This document shows, piece by piece, positions 60,301 to 64,000 of a stretch of 64,000 nucleotides of DNA; positions within the stretch are counted from its first letter, which is position 1, and every line of letters starts with the position of its first letter. The notes under the pieces were generated by a model. It was not told the origin of the DNA and made no database searches. It was given only the letters and a program-made list of their open reading frames with translations. The position numbers were made by a program, and so were the translations under genes. Location: positions 64,976,001-65,040,000 of the forward strand of contig NW_026262712.1 of the NCBI RefSeq assembly GCF_021869535.1. Reading direction: 5' to 3'. Source of the stretch: Mytilus californianus (Eukaryota).

Positions 60301-63074
60301 ATTTATTATATTTTACAGAAACTTGGATGGCAGTTTGTTGGATTAGCTGCTATTATAGGCTGGTCAGCATTGTTTTCCCTGTTAATATTTGGTATCCTCA
60401 AATGTTTTGGTGTGCTTAGAGTACCTCGGGAAATTGAAGATAAAGGTTAGATTTTTTCATAGTATTTAATTTTTTTAAACGGGAAAATATCCACATTTAT
60501 TTGATTTTACATACTTGATGTTTTTAATATGTTGTCTTTTTTATTTTCAATTTTTTTCTAGTCGGACGTAAGATATGTACAGGTCGTGTGCTATCAAGAT
60601 AGAACTCACGAAATATGGTATAAAATCATGCAAATATATCATAATGTTCAAGTCAAACTACTTTATTTATCAAACAATCTTTCATTTATCTACTTAAAAG
60701 TAACCCACATAATAAACCTGTTTTCGTTTCTAAAAGAGATCAGATGATTCACGTATGTTTTATTCTGTATTTAGGTTTAGATATTCCTAAACATAATGAG
60801 CCTGCCTATCCGGTGGAGGCATATGGACATGGGCATATAGAGAAGTTAATACAGATCCTAGAAAGACAACCCATGGTTGTAACTCAAGGTAATCATCTTG
60901 TTTTTCTTGCAAAAAATTCACAACTTTGTGTGATAGAATATTATACCAAGAATCTTGATAATTAGTTGCTAAAAATATGTAAATGGTTACAGAATTAAAT
61001 ATATTTGAAGATCGTAAATATAGCATCAAACATTACTGCTAGGGATTGATTGATTGATTGGTGTCTGTTTTACGTCCAGTGGCAAATATTTCAGGAATAT
61101 TGAGTCATGAAACAAATTAACATTAAATCTAAAAGGAAGGATATGTTAAGTGGGTCGAAATTTGAATCGCCACTAGAAATAAGTTTATGTTTTTTTTTAA
61201 ATATTAAACACAAGAATACAGTCAACTTTTCTTAATGTCTGATTGCATTTTTTCAAATGCATTTAAGCAAGATATTCTAAACAGATGAATTAGTCAAATC
61301 TAGTCAAACCAAATGGGTGTTTCAAATGGTAAAGTGTTTTTTATTTCATTTTTAGTCATATTGGTTTTTGTTGAGCAGAAAGCTGGACATAGGGATAGTG
61401 ATCCGGCGGCGGCGGTGGCGGCGTTAACAAACTTCTTAAAATCTTAATATTTCAGAAGGTAGAAGACCTGGATCCTTCATACTTTGTATATAGATGCCTT
61501 ATGTTATGAAGTTGCAGTCTGTCATATGTCCATTGTCCTTGACCTCATTTTCATGATTCAGTGACTACTTGGAAAAAAGTTAAGATTTTTAGTATTCTTA
61601 ATTTCTCTCTTATTATGAGTAATAGGATAACTATATTTGGTATGTGTGTAGCTTGCAAGGTCCTCAAGCCTGTCAGACAGTTTTCACTTGACCTCGACCT
61701 CATTTCATGGATCAGTGAACAAGGTTAAGTTTTCGTGGTCAAGTCCATATAGCAGATACTATAAGCAATAGGTCAACTATATTTGATGTATGTAATGATT
61801 GTAATGTGTACATGTGTACATGTCCAACTGGCAGGTGTCATCTGACCTTAACCTCATTTTCATGGTTTAGTGATTAAAGTTAAGTTTTTGTGTTTTGATA
61901 TTTTTCTTCTAATACTATATGCAATAGGTCAACTATATATGGTGTATGGAAATATTTTAAGATGAACATGTCAGACTGGCAAGTTTTGTTTGACCTTGAC
62001 CTCATTTTCACGGTTCATTGCTCAATGTAAAGATTTTGTGTTTTGGTCCTTTTATCTTAAACTATAAGCAATAGGTCAACTATATTTGGTGTAAGGAATT
62101 ATTGTAAGGTGTACATGTCCAACTGGCAGGTGTCATTTGACCTTGACCTCATTTTCATGGTTAAGTGGTTAAAGTTAAGTTTTTGTGTTTTGATATTTTT
62201 TTCCCTAAACTATATGCAATAGGTCAACTATATTTGGTGTATGGAAATAGTTTACGATGTTCATGTCAGTCTGTCAGGTTTTATTTGACCTTGACCTCAT
62301 TTTCACGGTTCATTGCTCAGTGTTAATTTTTTGTGTTTTGGTCTGTTTTTCTTAAACTGTAAGCAATAGGTCAACTATATTTGGTGTATGGAATGACTGT
62401 AAGGTGTATATGTCTGACTGGCAGGTATCATCATTTTCATGGTTCATTGGTCAATATTAAATTTGCATGGTTAAGTTTGTTTCTTATATACTATAAGCAA
62501 TAGGTCAACTATATTTAATGCATATATTGATTGTAAGGTGTACATGTCTGTCTGGCATGGTTCGTCTGACCTAGACCTTATTTTCATGGTTCATTGGTCA
62601 ATTTTAACTTTTCCTGGTTAAGTTTGTTTCTTAGAAACTGTAAGCAATAGGTCAACTATATTTTGTGTATGGAATGATTGTAAGGTGTACATGTATTTCC
62701 AGTTTGGTTTATCTGACCTTGGCCTCATTTTCTTGGATCATGTTAAGTTTATATGATACTTTTAATAAAGCTTTATATTTAGGACTACCAACATAAAATC
62801 AATGATCAGTAAAGCAGTCGAGACATTTCACTCTTGTTTTTTACATAACAGTTACTAATTTACGACATCTTTTTTTTCAGGATACACAAAAATGGCATAT
62901 GAAAACGAGTCATACACAACAGAAAATGAATTTCAAGACAAAGGTGTTCATGAAACACCAGAAACGTCTGCAGCTGTAAGAATTAGGAATGGAACTCCTT
63001 CAAACGGACATCGAACAATACTAACAATAAGTAATGGAACAACACCGTCTACTGCTGGTGCGACTAAAATGTAA
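42358..63074 (+). CDS. Amt: Ammonium transporter (Amt family), 11 coding exons, 519 aa
   Basis: Exons 42358-42454, 54569-54658, 55594-55830, 56264-56361, 57063-57200, 57499-57729, 58096-58234, 58917-59011, 60319-60445, 60775-60888 and 62881-63074. All are GT-AG and phase-consistent, summing to 1560 nt. Motifs: [66 protein letters not shown] and [10 protein letters not shown] (both pore histidines present). Confidence 0.96.
43158..43251. repeat. Short hairpin/inverted repeat (~32-bp arms)
   Basis: aacggactagctcgtaggtctgtatgaagat versus atctttatacagacctatgagcttgtccgtt. Confidence 0.85.
43300..43620 (+). mobile_element. Old, degraded family-1 retrozyme-like copy
   Basis: ggtcgatgtcaccgctgg...accagtagtaagcac...gacatgacatatcattg, with a hammerhead remnant tgtagacgacacgcgg. 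Confidence 0.55.
43640..43792 (-). mobile_element. tRNA-derived SINE 5' part
   Basis: The minus strand has ggtcgtaggttcgatacc (B box) followed by caaaacaaagacttaaaa. Confidence 0.65.
43840..44090 (+). mobile_element. Family B repeat 3' part
   Basis: Near-identical to 36025-36290 and ends cattggcaatcataccacatcttctttttt. Confidence 0.85.
45085..45352. repeat. 36-bp tandem repeat (~7 copies) grown from an inverted family-B terminus
   Basis: Begins taagatgtggtatgattgccaacga, then the unit gtaaccacctgataccatgccaacgagacaaatata (starts at 45121, 45157 and onward). Confidence 0.95.
45356..45700 (+). mobile_element. PLE RT fragment (diverged from copy A)
   Basis: LDLDIS...[20 protein letters not shown]...[19 protein letters not shown]...[15 protein letters not shown], with frameshifts. 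Confidence 0.85.
46604..46647 (-). ncRNA. Type-I hammerhead motif, family 3 (CTGAAGA variant), slightly mutated
   Basis: The minus strand reads atatca-CTGAAGA-aac-agtactt-gtc-GAAA-tgcgcg-TC-tggtgc. Confidence 0.6.
47490..47650 (+). mobile_element. Degraded tRNA-derived SINE
   Basis: tagcgtgctcgcctcgagtgcgagaggttgtgg...ccaaagacttggaaattgg...gaataatgtgtccaagt. Confidence 0.55.
50681..50722 (+). ncRNA. Type-I hammerhead-like motif, family 2, fully paired
   Basis: GTGTTC-CTGATGA-aGGttaatCCa-GAAA-AGCGCT-TC-GAACGC. Stem I is 6 bp, stem III is the palindrome AAGCGCTT, and the predicted cleavage triplet is UUC. Confidence 0.7.
51001..51149 (+). mobile_element. PLE family A 3' end (copy F)
   Basis: ttaggggccagctgaagcccacctccgggtgcggg...ccattctcaatttt. 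Confidence 0.85.
51355..51500 (+). mobile_element. Highly degraded PLE RT remnant
   Basis: [13 protein letters not shown]...YISQL...VRAC-like translation. Confidence 0.5.
53257..53724. mobile_element. MITE with ~20-bp TIRs; a second partial copy lies at ~25325-25475
   Basis: ttata|ggtgtcaaaccaccaatt ... aattggtggtctgacacc|ttata. The left ~150 bp match 25325-25475. Confidence 0.75.
56938..56992 (-). mobile_element. PLE family A extreme 3' end in an Amt intron
   Basis: aaattgaaaatggaaatggggaatgtgtcaaaaagacaacaacccgacc. Confidence 0.8.
58570..58770 (+). mobile_element. Family B repeat 3' part (diverged)
   Basis: gttacttttctcgtttgaa...gtcatttcggggccttttatagc...ttgttgaagactgtacg. Confidence 0.75.
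59311..59965. repeat. 35-bp minisatellite (~18 copies) with a 4-unit higher-order structure, in an Amt intron
   Basis: Unit catagccaaaacgaaaaacgacgacgaagatttat. The variant catagtcaaatcc recurs at 59556, 59698 and 59838. Confidence 0.95.
61349..62840. mobile_element. HINE/Helentron-like element with a central array of ~147-bp repeats
   Basis: T-rich start, a (ggc)n seed and gcaataggtcaactatat anchors at ~61765, 61921, 62068, 62216, 62363, 62497 and 62644. It ends gagacatttcactcttgtttt. Confidence 0.7.
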
Positions 63075-63186
63075 AGAAAAATGAAAGCTTATTGTACTTT
63101 ATGGAATGATGATTCAGGAACAAAAGTAGATGCAGGTCATAGACCACTATATCTATTTAATGATGATGAGTAAAATGCAATATTCA

Positions 63187-63475
63187 TTTTTATGCGCCAC
63201 CTACGATAGTAGAGGGGCATTATATTTTTCGGTCTGTGCGTCCGTTTGTTCGTTCGTCCGTCCGTCCGTCCGTCCGTCTGTTCCGCTTCAGGTTAAAGTT
63301 TTTGGTCAAGGTAGTTTTTGATGAAGTTGAAGTCAAATCAATTTGAAACTTAGTACACATGTTCCCTATGATATGATCTTTCATATATGAGTTTTGACCC
63401 CAATTTCACGGTCCACTGAATATAGAAAATGATGGTGCGAGTGGGGCATCCGTGTACTATGGACACATTCTTGTT
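63187..63475. mobile_element. HINE/pearl-like element with a (GTCC)n microsatellite
   Basis: tttttatgcgccac...ggggcat...(gtcc)n...ggggcatccgtgtactatggacacattcttgtt, with subterminal ggggcat repeats and a 3' hairpin. Confidence 0.75.
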
Positions 63476-63716
63476 AATAATATAAATACACTGTAATGTC
63501 CAAAACAACAATAATACAGCATAGCTGTTAAATATATTAATGTAGATAAATGTACAAGTGCTGAAAAATGTTAATATGTTTAATTTTTGTACTAATGAAG
63601 TTAGACTTAAAAAATGGATAATGTATTATATATTTCTTCATTTTTATACTAAATGGCTTAGTCCAATGTGTATATAGTATTTGTGAATATGTGATATTTA
63701 TGTCAACAGCATTTAG

Positions 63717-63942
63717 GAGGGTCTGGATGGGGTCCGTTATTTCTTCATTCTTTTATTTGTTAGAAAATTTTTCTCTATGCTTTAATTGTTTTGTCCATTG
63801 TTCTCTATTCTTTATATTTTAGCAGCCCATTTTTCTCTATTCTTGATTATTTTTGCCCAGTTTTCCCTTTTTTGTATTTTTTCCCTTTATTCCGCACTTT
63901 TTGCCCATTATTTACTATTCTATAAACCCATTCCAGATCCTC
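63717..63942. mobile_element. Second GAGGG-terminus MITE, with a 6-bp TSD (ATTTAG)
   Basis: atttag|gagggtctggatggggt ... aacccattccagatcctc|atttag. The interior is in the opposite orientation to 14980-15258. Confidence 0.8.
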
Positions 63943-64000
63943 ATTTAGGTCTGTTATTATTTGTTTCATGGCAATTTAGTTACCTTTTCAGTAATGATTT

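Overview
AT-rich eukaryotic (animal) genomic DNA. The repeat families and gene types look like a bivalve, probably a mytilid mussel (inference from recalled repeat types, not a database search). I can support five host genes: (1) a small secreted SUEL/rhamnose-binding lectin (minus strand, ~2.5-4.6 kb); (2) a B-box/coiled-coil/beta-propeller TRIM-like protein with a single coding exon (10209-11705); (3) a single-pass membrane protein with two phase-compatible alternative last exons (minus strand, 16441-21896); (4) a Cys/Tyr-rich, TM, PPxY-tail CYYR1/Shisa-like protein (29844-32153); and (5) a complete 11-exon ammonium transporter (42358-63074, 519 aa). The rest is dense with mobile DNA. Penelope-like retroelement (PLE) pieces have an RT ORF that ends without a C-terminal endonuclease, and their 3'UTR contains a near-canonical SECIS hairpin. 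A second repeat family shares a covarying structured module with that UTR. There are three variants of type-I hammerhead motifs (retrozyme/PLE type), a 4.36-kb CAC...GTG element with a 5-bp TSD that splits a SINE and hosts a LINE fragment, a 1.34-kb foldback element, several MITEs, tRNA-derived SINEs, Helentron-type (HINE-like) elements and minisatellites. The most notable observation is the multi-copy, retroelement-borne SECIS.
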